64,000 bases of DNA, taken from Candidatus Zhuqueibacterota bacterium (GTDB taxonomy: Bacteria; Zhuqueibacterota; Zhuqueibacteria; Thermofontimicrobiales; Thermofontimicrobiaceae). Numbering within the stretch: the first letter of the stretch is position 1; every line of letters starts with the position of its first letter. The stretch lies in contig JBMOPW010000014.1 of the NCBI GenBank assembly GCA_049322915.1, positions 794,764-858,763 on the forward strand, written 5' to 3'. A program made the position numbers and the translations under genes. The notes under the pieces were generated by a model. It did no database searches. It was not told where the DNA came from and saw nothing but the letters and a program-made list of their open reading frames with translations. This document shows, piece after piece, positions 10,901 through 21,000 of the stretch.

Positions 10901-13900
10901 GTAACTGTAGGGATCTTCATCAATGTCATTGTTGGGGAACTCCACAGTCGCGGACCGCGTGCCTCCTGCCGACGGATTGAATTGAATCGTGAATGATGTG
11001 GAGTCGCTAGGATCAATGTGATTTTCCGGGTTTAAAGTTACAGTAAAATCATCTCGATGATCTCCACCAATACGAATTATTTTTGGTGTCAACTGGTTTG
11101 ATGTCGAATGATTCATTGTCAGCTCGGATTTAGCCGGTGTCACAAAGTATAACCGTTCATTACCTGTATTGAAAATCTTGTATGTCCGGTTGATGGTTCC
11201 GCCATCCACGGCAGCAGAGCCGAAGCTGGTGGAGTCATCTGCCGAAGGAGTTGTATCGCCGTCAGCAATGGACAGGTAATTGCCGCGCACATCGATTTCA
11301 GGGGTGGTGCCAAGACCCTGAATATCGAACGAGAAGGGATTTTCATCGGAGTCGTTGTTCGTCATATTCACTGTGGCGCTGCGTGTCCCTATTGCTGATG
11401 GATCGAACTCGACGACAAATGTTGTGGAATCCCCGGCTGCCACTGAAGAGGCCGGCTGGGTTGTCACCGTAAAATCGTCGGAATGATCGCCGCTGATAGT
11501 GACAAAATCAGAGGGTGTTTCTATGGACGACGTCGCCGCGTTTTTCTCCCCTTGAGGACCGAGATACAACGTACCAGCCCCTGTGTTGTGAATGGTGTAT
11601 GTCCGTTGCTGCGTACCGTAACTGACGTTCACACTGTCGAAGTCGGTGTGATCAGTCAGTGAGGGACTGTCGTCGCCATTTACTATGGAAACGTAATTTC
11701 CCTGCACATCGATTTCCGGGGGAGCCACAGGATCAGTTCCATATTTGTATTCATAAGCGCCCATGTCAATGGTGCCTGCATTGCTGGTTGTTTTTTCCAG
11801 TTTGCGGCTAAATCCGGCTCCGCGAATGTCGGTGGTCTCGGAGTTGTAGACATCGTTCCCGGCATCGGCGCAGGGCGAAATATTGTAGATTCTGTAGTCC
11901 CCACCAGCCGCGTCCACAATTAGAGGATTGCTGGTGATGTTGTTGTTGGTCGTCGTGAAAGTATAAGCGAAATTCTCAACATCTCCGGAAGCGTTTCCAT
12001 AGCATGAATAATTCAACGTGACGACTGGATGAGCGCCATTATTATGCAGACAAAACTGAGATCCCCTTGTTCCTGTATTCCCGTAAATGATGCAATTGTT
12101 GTAGGTTCCAGATGCGCCCAACATGTGAACAACACCACCCCCGCTGCCTTTTGTAGTATTATTTGTGATGGTCACATTGGTCAGGGTGGTATTAGTTTGT
12201 AGGGAAGTGTTGTAAATGCCGCCACCGCTTGAAAAAGAGTAATTACAAGCAATCAAGACATTGGTCAAAAAAGGTGCTGCATTTAAAAAATGAATTCCTC
12301 CACCATTATAAATTGATTTATTCCATAAAACGTTTGAGTTGGTGATGACAGGCGAGGATGACTGGTTAAACATCCCTCCACCAGAAAAGGAAGCGTAGTT
12401 GTAAATTATATTCACAGAATTTAGTAATGGGGAATTCGAATCGTTATACATACCCGCCCCTGCTTCGTGCGGGGAAGCTCCATCACTATTTCCTCCTTTC
12501 AACGTGAAACCGTCAAGCACTGCGGTGGTATCAAGCCCCAAACTATCCGGATGATAGAAAACATGATAACAGTTCTCGGAATTATTGGAAAAGGAAAGCG
12601 TGTCACCCGCATCGGTCACCACATCGTCTTGGTTGAAATCGCCGCTGAGAATGGTTTCGTTGGCTTCGCCCATGCCATAATTGTCCCGCTCGCTGACGAC
12701 AGATTCTGTGCCTGCAAAACCGCCGTAAATAGCAACACCGTTTTTCATGCGAAAATGGTAGTAGCGTGACGTGTTCGTCAAATCGTACGCTGACGTGGGA
12801 AAATAGGTGCCAGCCTTCACCCAAATTTGGTCGCCGCTTGTGGCCAAATCCAGCGCCGCTTGCAGTGTTTTCTTGGCGGTTTCCCATGATGTGCCTGCGC
12901 CGGTGTCGTCGGCTTTGGTTGAATCGACGTAGAAGGTGACAGTACCACCTGTTGAGTAAGATTTTACATATATTTGAGTTTTATCGGAAGCATTTTTCTC
13001 AAACCAGGAGACGATTGGGTTGTCCGACGCGTCTATAGCCACGGCAGGTGCTTGTGCGTCTTTGCCGGCATCCACGTTCAGCGATTCGCCCATCAAATTC
13101 CAACTGCTTGTGCCGCTGTTCCAGCGCTTGACGTATATCTGATATATCTCGGAAGCATTATACTCAAACCAGGAGACGATTGGGTTGCCCGACGCGTCTA
13201 TAGCCACGGCAGGGAATTGTGCGGTTTTGCCGGCATTCAGGTTCAGCGATCCACCCATCAGATCCCAACTGCTTGTGCCGCTGTTCCAGCGCTTGACGTA
13301 TACCTGATATACCGAGGAAGCATTTTTCTCATACCATGAGACGATTGGGTTGCCCGACGCGTCCATGGCGATCGATGGCGATAATGCGCCTTGGTCAGAA
13401 TCCACGTTCAGCGATTCGCCTATCAGATCCCAACTGCTTGTGCCGCTGTTCCAGCGCTTGACGTATACCTGATTTTTGTAGGAAGCATTATACTCACACC
13501 AGGAGACGATTGGGTTGCCCGATGCGTCCGTGGCGATCGATGGCTTATTTGCGTTTTTGCCAGAATCCACGTTCAGCGATCCACCCATCAAATCCCAACT
13601 GCTTGTGCCGCTGTTCCAGCGCTTGACGTATACCTGTAGTAGCGAGGAAGCATTATACTCATACCAGGAGACGATTGGGTTGCCCAATGAGTCTGTGGCG
13701 ATCGATGGCTTACTTGCGTTTTTGCCAGAATCCACGTTCAGCGATCCACCCATCAAATCCCAACTGCTTGTGCCGCTGTTCCAGCGCTTGACGTATACCT
13801 GTAGTAGCGAGGAAGCATTAAACTCATACCAGGAGACGATTGGGTTGCCCGATGCGTCCATGGCAATCGATGGCGAATTCGCGGTTTTGCCAGAATTCAC

Positions 13901-14185
13901 GTTCAGCGATCCACCCATCAAATCCCAACTGCTTGTGCCGCTGTTCCAGCGCTTGACGTATACCTGATTTTTCCCTGAAGCATTATTCTCATACCAGGCA
14001 ACGACCGGGTTGCCCGGCGCGTCCATGGCGATCGATGGCGAAGATGCGCTTTGGCCAGAATCCACGTTCAGCGATCCACCCATCAAATTCCAACTGCTTG
14101 TGCTGCCGCCGCTGTAGCCACCAGCAAGCAAAACACCTGCGAGCCCCAGAATTAAAATCAATGTGTTGATTGTTAGTTTTCGCAT
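7973..14185 (-). CDS. T9SS-CTD secreted modular protein C (7x55-aa beta-propeller-like repeats, beta-helix, 2 choice-of-anchor-D/ASH-like domains, FN3, shared core)
   Basis: 2070-aa ORF with AAGGAG RBS and signal peptide. Seven WDLMGGSLN..PSIA.D..GNPIVSW.E..QVYVKRW repeats, PEIDV.GN domains, GDVNATPDGLVNSADI dockerin-like motif, CTD. Confidence 0.88.
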   Translation of the reverse strand: MRKLTINTLILILGLAGVLLAGGYSGGSTSSWNLMGGSLNVDSGQSASSPSIAMDAPGNPVVAWYENNASGKNQVYVKRWNSGTSSWDLMGGSLNVNSGKTANSPSIAMDASGNPIVSWYEFNASSLLQVYVKRWNSGTSSWDLMGGSLNVDSGKNASKPSIATDSLGNPIVSWYEYNASSLLQVYVKRWNSGTSSWDLMGGSLNVDSGKNANKPSIATDASGNPIVSWCEYNASYKNQVYVKRWNSGTSSWDLIGESLNVDSDQGALSPSIAMDASGNPIVSWYEKNASSVYQVYVKRWNSGTSSWDLMGGSLNLNAGKTAQFPAVAIDASGNPIVSWFEYNASEIYQIYVKRWNSGTSSWNLMGESLNVDAGKDAQAPAVAIDASDNPIVSWFEKNASDKTQIYVKSYSTGGTVTFYVDSTKADDTGAGTSWETAKKTLQAALDLATSGDQIWVKAGTYFPTSAYDLTNTSRYYHFRMKNGVAIYGGFAGTESVVSERDNYGMGEANETILSGDFNQDDVVTDAGDTLSFSNNSENCYHVFYHPDSLGLDTTAVLDGFTLKGGNSDGASPHEAGAGMYNDSNSPLLNSVNIIYNYASFSGGGMFNQSSSPVITNSNVLWNKSIYNGGGIHFLNAAPFLTNVLIACNYSFSSGGGIYNTSLQTNTTLTNVTITNNTTKGSGGGVVHMLGASGTYNNCIIYGNTGTRGSQFCLHNNGAHPVVTLNYSCYGNASGDVENFAYTFTTTNNNITSNPLIVDAAGGDYRIYNISPCADAGNDVYNSETTDIRGAGFSRKLEKTTSNAGTIDMGAYEYKYGTDPVAPPEIDVQGNYVSIVNGDDSPSLTDHTDFDSVNVSYGTQQRTYTIHNTGAGTLYLGPQGEKNAATSSIETPSDFVTISGDHSDDFTVTTQPASSVAAGDSTTFVVEFDPSAIGTRSATVNMTNNDSDENPFSFDIQGLGTTPEIDVRGNYLSIADGDTTPSADDSTSFGSAAVDGGTINRTYKIFNTGNERLYFVTPAKSELTMNHSTSNQLTPKIIRIGGDHRDDFTVTLNPENHIDPSDSTSFTIQFNPSAGGTRSATVEFPNNDIDEDPYSYAIEGVGITPPTVTTATFDSITVISAVGGGNVTADGGDSVTVRGVCWGLAENPTVDSSHTSDGQGTGEFSSSITGLAHGTTYHVRAYATNSAGTGYGADSTFTTEQIIVSITPADTLLKGGQQVTYTVSIANVLPAMRGYTMHVGYNGEHFSEATITEGSYLSSVGTTQWDAAGSDGSYDIDCAILGATDGQTGDGTLFTVQLTTASSVTDSLVNPESANLTISSITMRDVVNDPIVCDQSNGSTIVIDTAPPTLETIAEDDSVWYRSGPTLSNFGFDDNYALEAVGYKINDGEWDVVTDDITGTEYNNDGISLPTYSSLVERTTVHTIYFYAVDDAMNTAGYDDDSWHFSFYKDETAPDGELAITFTEVGVRSMNVVSAAFEDATQGEVYYQFDCTSQDYYDRARTLADSVHECYEMNANTEYKFKYQVSDGVADPNETPAYNATAWSTEYSKYTLSVAPTTSTVTCDKSGTISTTTLTFYAVGGFGAGKVEYYRYALSDSATHTWTDSETKWSTGNLMLGIPTANTNYYLHVKGFNAEDVANGTLALGPYQWDGTPISPVTELSFEATGEDNNSSDMSWTNPEHDAHYIEVWVKGFGGYPQYTGSKPEFPTTPTEASEGGWTQLMDTLATAYTYTPSNRDFYYCAVFVEDLAEHYSAAAIDSSLSYWLGDVNATPDGLVNSADIAILASAYRTESGDNDYNAVCDVGPTTNYGRTSRPVPDQSISFEDLMVFAMNYENTGSHKLKKSGETNEANPIALKMHIQKVGTQFVAQIQLENNNAFVKAMEIPVAFGADLAISSVRKGALVTSSDFFDSSQEGQTVYISAASLDNIGGFDGDGVVAEIVFKVSGTNTAIQFADATARTKTNDAIEVSYDYTDVALLSEGLIPTEYKLHQNYPNPFNPSTTILYDLKADGQVTMTLYNINGQRIATLLDEVKNAGYHSFVFDAGNLPSGMYIYQIEVNDFRDVRKLVLMK
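12955..14100 (-). repeat. Intragenic 165-bp tandem repeat, 7 copies
   Basis: Near-identical DNA blocks such as CCAACTGCTTGTGCCGCTGTTCCAGCGCTTGACGTATA recur every 165 bp. Confidence 0.95.
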
Positions 14186-14352
14186 GGTAACTCCTTAAAG
14201 ATGTGGTTAGAGTTGCTGGTTAGGCTATGACCGTTCAGTTAAGAGCAGATGTTTTTTTTACCCTGTCCTGAGCAGAGAAGAATTTGCTCAGCCTTTATAG
14301 TTTCAATTTTTATTAATTCCTTTTTGAAAGGCACTCAGAAATTTTCCTGAAA

Positions 14353-14379
14353 TATCGACAGGTCTTTTGAAAGAATGAG
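14353..14379 (-). promoter_or_regulatory. Sigma28-like promoter motif, copy 2 (CTCAT-N15-GTCGATA)
   Basis: Matches copies 1 and 3. An upstream GTAACATC-N4-AAATTAT-N-GTCA box is also shared with copy 1. Confidence 0.5.
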
Positions 14380-14550
14380 GGTTTTATTGAATTATGACAA
14401 TAATTTGATTGATGTTACAGGGGAGAGAAGAGAGAATAGAAAATGGGAAATAGGAATTGGGGAATAGGAATTAGAGTTTGTAGTAACGGCTTCAGCCGTT
14501 CAACCGGATCGAAAAGATGGTCTCCATCTTCGAGATGGAGACCATCTAAA

Positions 14551-14969
14551 TTTCCGGCGCGGATAATTCGTGGAAACGTATGTTTCCGAATAATGAAACC
14601 GTTCGGGATGAATATCCCGAACGATCGTTTTGTGTAATATTGTAAACCGTTCCGTTCCCACGCAGACCATGGGAACGAGTTATCATTTCCATGGAGTGCA
14701 GTCCCTTTATGGACTGCGCGCGACGCATAAAGGCGTCGCACTCCATGGTCGAATGCGCGGATAATTCGTGGAAACGTATGTTTCCGAATAATGAAACCGC
14801 TCGGGATGAATATCCCGAGCGATCTATTCCAATTATGTAGGGGACGAATATATTCGTCCCCTGCGTGTTAAAATTTCGATCGCGCCGGATATTCATCCGG
14901 CGCGGGCAATGGATCGGAACGTACGTTCCGGATCAGGGGAACCGTTCGGGATAAACATCCCGAACGATC
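14551..14969. repeat. REP/BIME-like hairpin cluster 2, mixing several hairpin types
   Basis: Three copies of the GGAA(A)CGTA..TTCC / CGGGAT..ATCCCG unit, plus CGTTCCCACGCAGACCATGGGAACG, GCAGTCC-CTTTAT-GGACTGC, and a GTAG-led GGGACGAATATATTCGTCCC palindrome at about 14837-14863. Confidence 0.8.
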
Positions 14970-14981
14970 GATTCCCCGGAC

Positions 14982-15019
14982 AAAAAAAAATCGCCCGGGA
15001 TACATGATCCCAGGCGATC
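14982..15019 (-). terminator. Intrinsic terminator after gene D
   Basis: Minus strand GATCGCCTGGGATC...TCCCGGGCGA followed by a T-run; homologous to 7805-7843. Confidence 0.7.
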
Positions 15020-15044
15020 AAATGGTTTACGTTTTAGGGTTAGG

Positions 15045-18000
15045 TTATTTCATCAGCACCAGCTTGCGCACATCGCGGAAGTCATTGACCTGAATCCGGT
15101 ACAGATAGACGCCGGACGGCAAATTACCGGCTTCGAACACGAAGCTGTGATAGCCGGCGTTTTTGACTTCATCGAGCAGCGTGGCAATGCGCTGACCGTT
15201 GATGTTGTACAATGTTATCGTCACCTGTCCGTCCGCCTTCAAATCGTACAGAATGGTTGTGGAAGGATTGAACGGATTGGGATAGTTCTGATGCAGCTTG
15301 TATTCCGTGGGAATCAATCCTTCGGAAAGCAGCGCCACATCGGTGTAGGCGTAGGTCAACTCCAGGTTAGCATTGCCCTGGGAGCGCGCCACAGCCTCGC
15401 CAAACTGAATGGAGCTGTTGCTGCCATTTACGGTGAAAACAATTTCCGCAACCACGCCATTGTCTTTGAAAATACCTTCATGCTCCAGCGCGGCCGCACT
15501 GATGTACAGACAATTGCCTTCCTGGCCGGCGTCGAAGAAATCACCGGAGGTAACCAGGCTGCCTCGTCGGACCTGCGAGAAGGACAGATCAGCGCCGAAA
15601 GTGATGGGGATGTACAATCCCTTGACAACGCCGGCGTTTTCATTCAACTGCACTTGCGCTACAAACTGAGCGCCAACCCGTTGAATGTTCAGCAACAGCG
15701 CAATGGGGCTGCTGGTCACTTTGGCCTTTGATTTATCCGTCTTATCCTTGCTGGTGTTTTCATAGTTCATGGCAAAGATCATCAGATCTTCGAAATTGAT
15801 ATCATCGTCTGGAAGCGGACGACTGATTCGACCAAAGTCCAGGGTTGGCCCGACATCGCAGTGGCCATTCCAGTCGGCGTCGATGGAACTGGTATGATAG
15901 GCGCTGGAGAGGATGGCAATATCGGACGCTGTCACTGAGCCATCCGGGGATGCGTTCACATCGCCCAGCCAGTAGGACAGGGAGGAATCGATGGCCGCGG
16001 CGCTGTAATGCTTGGCCATATCTTCGACGAACAATGCGTAATAATAGAAATCGCGATTGGCTGGTGCATATTTTTTGCTGGTGGCCAGCGAATCCAATAT
16101 TTTTGTCCAGCCATCACCAGACGCTTCGTCCGGCGTTGTTGGGAACGTCGGCACTGCACCGGTGTATTCCGGATAGCCGCCGAATCCCTTGAACCAGACT
16201 TCAATTTTATAGGCGTCGTTTTGGGGATTGGTCCAACTGCATTGCAACGAGTTGCCGGACGTACTGAGTTCCAGTTTGGTCACCGGCGAAATGGGCGTGC
16301 CATCCCACTGATACGGCCCAATCGTCAATGTACCGTTGGCGACGTCTTCGGCGTTGTAACCTTGCACATGGAGATAATAATTCTTATTGGCCGTGGGAAT
16401 ACCCATTTTCAAATCGCCGGATGCCCACTCGGACTCCGTGCCTTTGAAGGTATGGGCAATGCTGTCGTCCAGCGCATAGAGATAATACTGGACAGTGCCA
16501 GCGCCAAATCCACCCACTGCGGTGAACGTGAGGGTGGTGGTGCTGATGGTCCCGTGCTTGTCGCAGGTTACTGTTGATGTTGTTGGAGCCACGGACAGCG
16601 TGTATTTGGAATATTCGTTGCTCCACGACGTGGCATTGTAGGCCGGGGTAGCGCCGGGATCATTGACGCCGTCGGACCCCTGGTACTTGAATTTGTATTG
16701 GGTATTGGCTGCCATTGTAGCGCATTCGTGAATGGAATCGGCCAATGTTCGGGCGCGGTCGTACGTGTCATTCGTAGTACAATCGAACTGGTAATACTCC
16801 TCGCCCTGGGTGGTGTCAGCCAACGCAGCGCCGACCACCTTCATGGAATAAGCGGCCACATCTTTGAACGAAATGCTGAGGTCGCCCAGTGGGGCTGTTT
16901 CATCTTTGTAGAAACAGAAATCCCAGGTTTTATCGTAGCCGCCCAGATTGCCGGCATCGTCGCAGGCGCGCAAATAGAACCAGTGCAAGGCTTTACGTTC
17001 GGCCAGTTCGGCGTAGCCAGGCAACGGCGCATTGCTAGCAGAGGCAGTTTTACCCTTGATTCCACCCATAATGGTCGTCCAGGCGTCATCATTCAATTTG
17101 TAGCTGAGCGAATCCAGTTCATAATTATCCGCGACGCGAAAAACCTGAAGTACGGGCTGACTGCGATACCACACGCTGTCAGCTTCGGCCAGGGAATCCA
17201 TAGTCGGCGGCGCCGTATCGATGATGATTTTTGACCCGGCGCTGCTGTCGCACGGAATCGCGATATTGTTCACATCGCGAAGCAGAACATGAGACAGCAT
17301 CAGATTGTCACTCGATGGATTGACAAGACTATCGGTCACTGCATCCGCCGTTGTCAGCATCATGGTGAACAACGTGCCGTCGCCGGTGACGCCGTCTGTG
17401 ACGCCTAAAATAGCGCAATCAACGGTGTAACGGCCATTGGCCCCGGAGGCGTCCCATTGCGTGGTCTTACCGGTGCTGCTGAGGAACGTCCCTTCGGTAA
17501 ACTGAGGCGAAGTAAAATGATCGTCATTGAAATCGACCTGAACGCTGAAGCCGCGCATCGCCGGCAGCACATTGGCAATGCTCACGGTGTAGGTCACTTG
17601 CTGACCGCCTCGGAGCAATGTGTCAGAAGGCGTTGTTGTAATCAGAATCTGTTTTGTGGTGAACGTGGAATCAGCCCCATAACCTGTGCCGGCGCCGTTG
17701 GTGGCGTAGGCGCGAACATAATACGTGATCCCGTGGGCCAATCCTGTGATTGAACTGGAGAATGAGCCCGTGCCGTCGCCGTTGCTGGTGTGGCTGCTAT
17801 CCACTGTGGGATTTGCAGTCAAACCCCAGCACACGCCGCGGACTGTCACCGAATCGCCGCCATCGGCAGTCACATTGCCGCCGCCAACTGCGGAAATCAC
17901 GGTGATGGAATCGATGGCCGCTGTGACAACGGTGGGCACTGTGATGCCAACGCCTTCGATTTCGAAGTTGAAATCGCTTTCATCGCTATCATTGTTGCGA

Positions 18001-21000
18001 ACATAAACGTAGGTGGAACGGGTGCCGCCGTCCGATGGATTGAACTGAATTGTGAATGAAAGGGAATCTCCCGGGTTTATATAGAAATTCTCCGGCTGGG
18101 CCGTGACTTCAAAATCATACCCTTGGGGTCCTTTGAGAAGAATGAGGGCCCTGCCGGATGGCGAATTCATTGTAAACCCTGCCAATTCCATGTTTGAATC
18201 TCGGTCACCCAAATAAAGCCGTTCGTTTCCAGTATTAAAAATCCTGAACGTTCGATTGATGGTTCCGCCATCCACGGCAGCAGAGCCGAAACTGGTGGAG
18301 TCTGTGGCCGAAGGTGTGGTGTCGCCGTTTGCAATGGAGATGTAATTTCCGCGAACATCGATCTCAGGAGTAACGCCCGTGCCCCGGATGGCGAAAGTAT
18401 AGGGGCTGTTTGAGAAGTCGTCGCTATTGATGTCGATGGACGCAGAACGAATTCCCACTGCGGATGGATTGAATGCCACCGTGAACGTCGTGGAGTCGCC
18501 AGCCGCCACAGAATCCGATGGCTGCGTTGTCACCGTGAAATCACTGGCATGATCGCCGCCAATGTTCACGTTGTCTCTGTCGATGAAATTCACCCGGGAA
18601 ACAGCGTCCGCATTCTTGACAATCGGATTGAAATGGAGCGTGGCCGTTCCGGTATTAAGGATTGTGAAAATGTGTGTGGAAGAATCGCTGACAACGCTCA
18701 CACTGTCGAAATCGGTGAAATCAAGGAATGACGGCACTGTATCGCCGTTGGCGATGGTGGTATAATTCCCGCGCACTTCGATTGTCGGCGTTACTCCTGC
18801 GCCCAGAATGGCAAAGGTGTAGGGACTCTCATCGCCGTCGTTGCTGTAAAGACTGACGGTTGCGCGACGCTCGCCGCTGTCCGATGGATTGAACGTCACG
18901 ACAAACGAAGCGGAATCGCCAACAGCGATGGGGCTTGTCGGTTGCGTCTTCACAGTGAAATCAGCCGCATTGTCGCCGCTGATTGTGACAAGGTCGATTG
19001 GTCTGGAATTGCGAAGAGAATTATCCGTGTGAGTTATTATCTGGCCGAGCACCAGAGACGCTGTGCCGGTGTTGAAAATTTTGAAGGTGCGATCCATGGA
19101 TCCCAAAAGCACGCCGACGCTGTCAAAATCGGTGTGATCGGCTTGGGATGGAGTTTCGTCGCCATTTGCTATGGAAACGTAATTGCCCTGGATGTCGATT
19201 TCCGGGACAGCGCCAAAACCCTGGATGGAGAAGTTGTAGGGACTTTCGTCCGAATCATCGCTGTAAATGGAGATGGTGGCGCTGCGCACACCGTTTCCCG
19301 ACGGATCGAATTTTACCGTGAACGTTGTGGAATCGCCCGGGCTGATTTCGAGAGATGGCGCCTGGGTCACAGTAAAATCTGCTGAGTTTGTACCGCCAAT
19401 GACCACGGGATTTTCCAGTTCAATCGTCACCGGTTTTTCATTTCTGGCGTCAGATTGAGAGTTGCCCAGGTAAAGTGTTTTATTGCCGGTATTGTAGATG
19501 CTGTACGTCCGTTCGAGGTCGCCATTGCTTACAGCGACGCTGTCGAAATCTGTATGGTCGGTCAGGGACGGGCTGGCGTCGCCGTCTACAATAGAAACAT
19601 AATTACCGTGCACATCGATTTCCGCGGCAAGGCCAATACCCTGGATTGCGAACGTATAGGGGCTTTCATCGCTGTCGTTGTTGGGTATCGACACAGTCGC
19701 TGACCTGGTCCCGTTTGAAGATGGGTCGAATTGAACCATGAATGAAGCGGAATCGCCTGGTTCAAGATAGGCGACAGAGGGCTGAGTGGTCACTTCAAAA
19801 TCAACCGAATGATCTCCGCTTATTGTGACGATTTCGCTTGGTCCGGTTTGATTTAATCTTGATCTGTACATATCCATTTCAGCCTTATCCGGCTGCGATA
19901 AAAAAAGTATATCATTTCCAGTGTTAAAAATTTTGAAGGTGCTATTGATTGTTCCCCCATCGACATTGGCGGATCCGAAACTGGTGGAATCATCCGCAGA
20001 GGAGATAGTGTCACCGTCCGCAATGGAAAGGTAATTTCCGCGGACGTCGATTTCCGGGACAGCTACAGGATCTGTGCCAAATTTGTATTCATAAGCGCCC
20101 ATATCGATGGTGCCTGCACTGCCGTTCGTTTTATTCAGCTTGCGATCAAATCCGGCGCCGCGAATGTCGGTGGTCTCGGAGTTATACGCATCGTACCCGG
20201 CATCGGCGCAGGGAGAAACGTTGTAGATTCTATAATCTCCACCAGCCGCGTCCACAATTAGAGGATTGCTGGTAATATTATTGTTCGTCGCTGTGAAGGT
20301 TGTGCCTATATTAAAAACATCACGGGTTGCGTTTCCATAGCAGGAATAATTCAACGTAACAGTCCCGGCAGGAGCCATTCCGTTTTCCAGGTAGAACTCG
20401 TTTCCTGCTATCCCAGTATTACCGTAAATAATGCAGTTAAAGTATGTGCCTGATGAGCCGAACCAGTTTCTAACGCCTCCCCCGCCTCCATTGGCGGCGT
20501 TATTTGTAATTGTCACATTTATAAAAATCGGCGAAACTTCGGTGTGGTTGTAAATGCCGCCGCCGCCTGAATTAGAATAATTGCCGGCAATCAAGACGTT
20601 GGTAAAAACAGGATCCGCATTGTTTTGATTGATTATTCCGCCGCCATAGGATTCTGCGTAATTGTTCAGAACCATGGTATTAGTAAGGGAAGGATTACTG
20701 GACAGGTTGTACATTCCTCCGGCCTGGCTATATGATTTATTCCACGAAATGTTTGAATTGGTAATAACAGGAGAGGATGTGTCGTTAAACATTCCTGCGG
20801 CAGTATAGTAAGCATAGTTATAAATAATGTTCACAGAATTAAGTGAGGGGGAATTTAATTGATTATACATACCCGCTCCCGTTATGTGCAATAAACCGGG
20901 ATCTGAGGCATTTCCGCCCCTAACGGTGAATCCGTCAAGAACCGCGGTTGTGTCGAGCCCCAATCCGCTGGGATGATAGAACACATGAAAGCAGTTCTCG

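Noticed and set aside
12955..14100. Diversity-generating retroelement VR/TR pair
   Set aside because: All repeats are in-frame and coding, differences are not obviously restricted to adenines, and no reverse transcriptase or separate template repeat is visible.
14415..14896. Short ORFs in the repeat clusters (also 7642-7964, 22123-22809 and 30160-30366)
   Set aside because: They are translations of palindromic repeats with no RBS or protein-like features.
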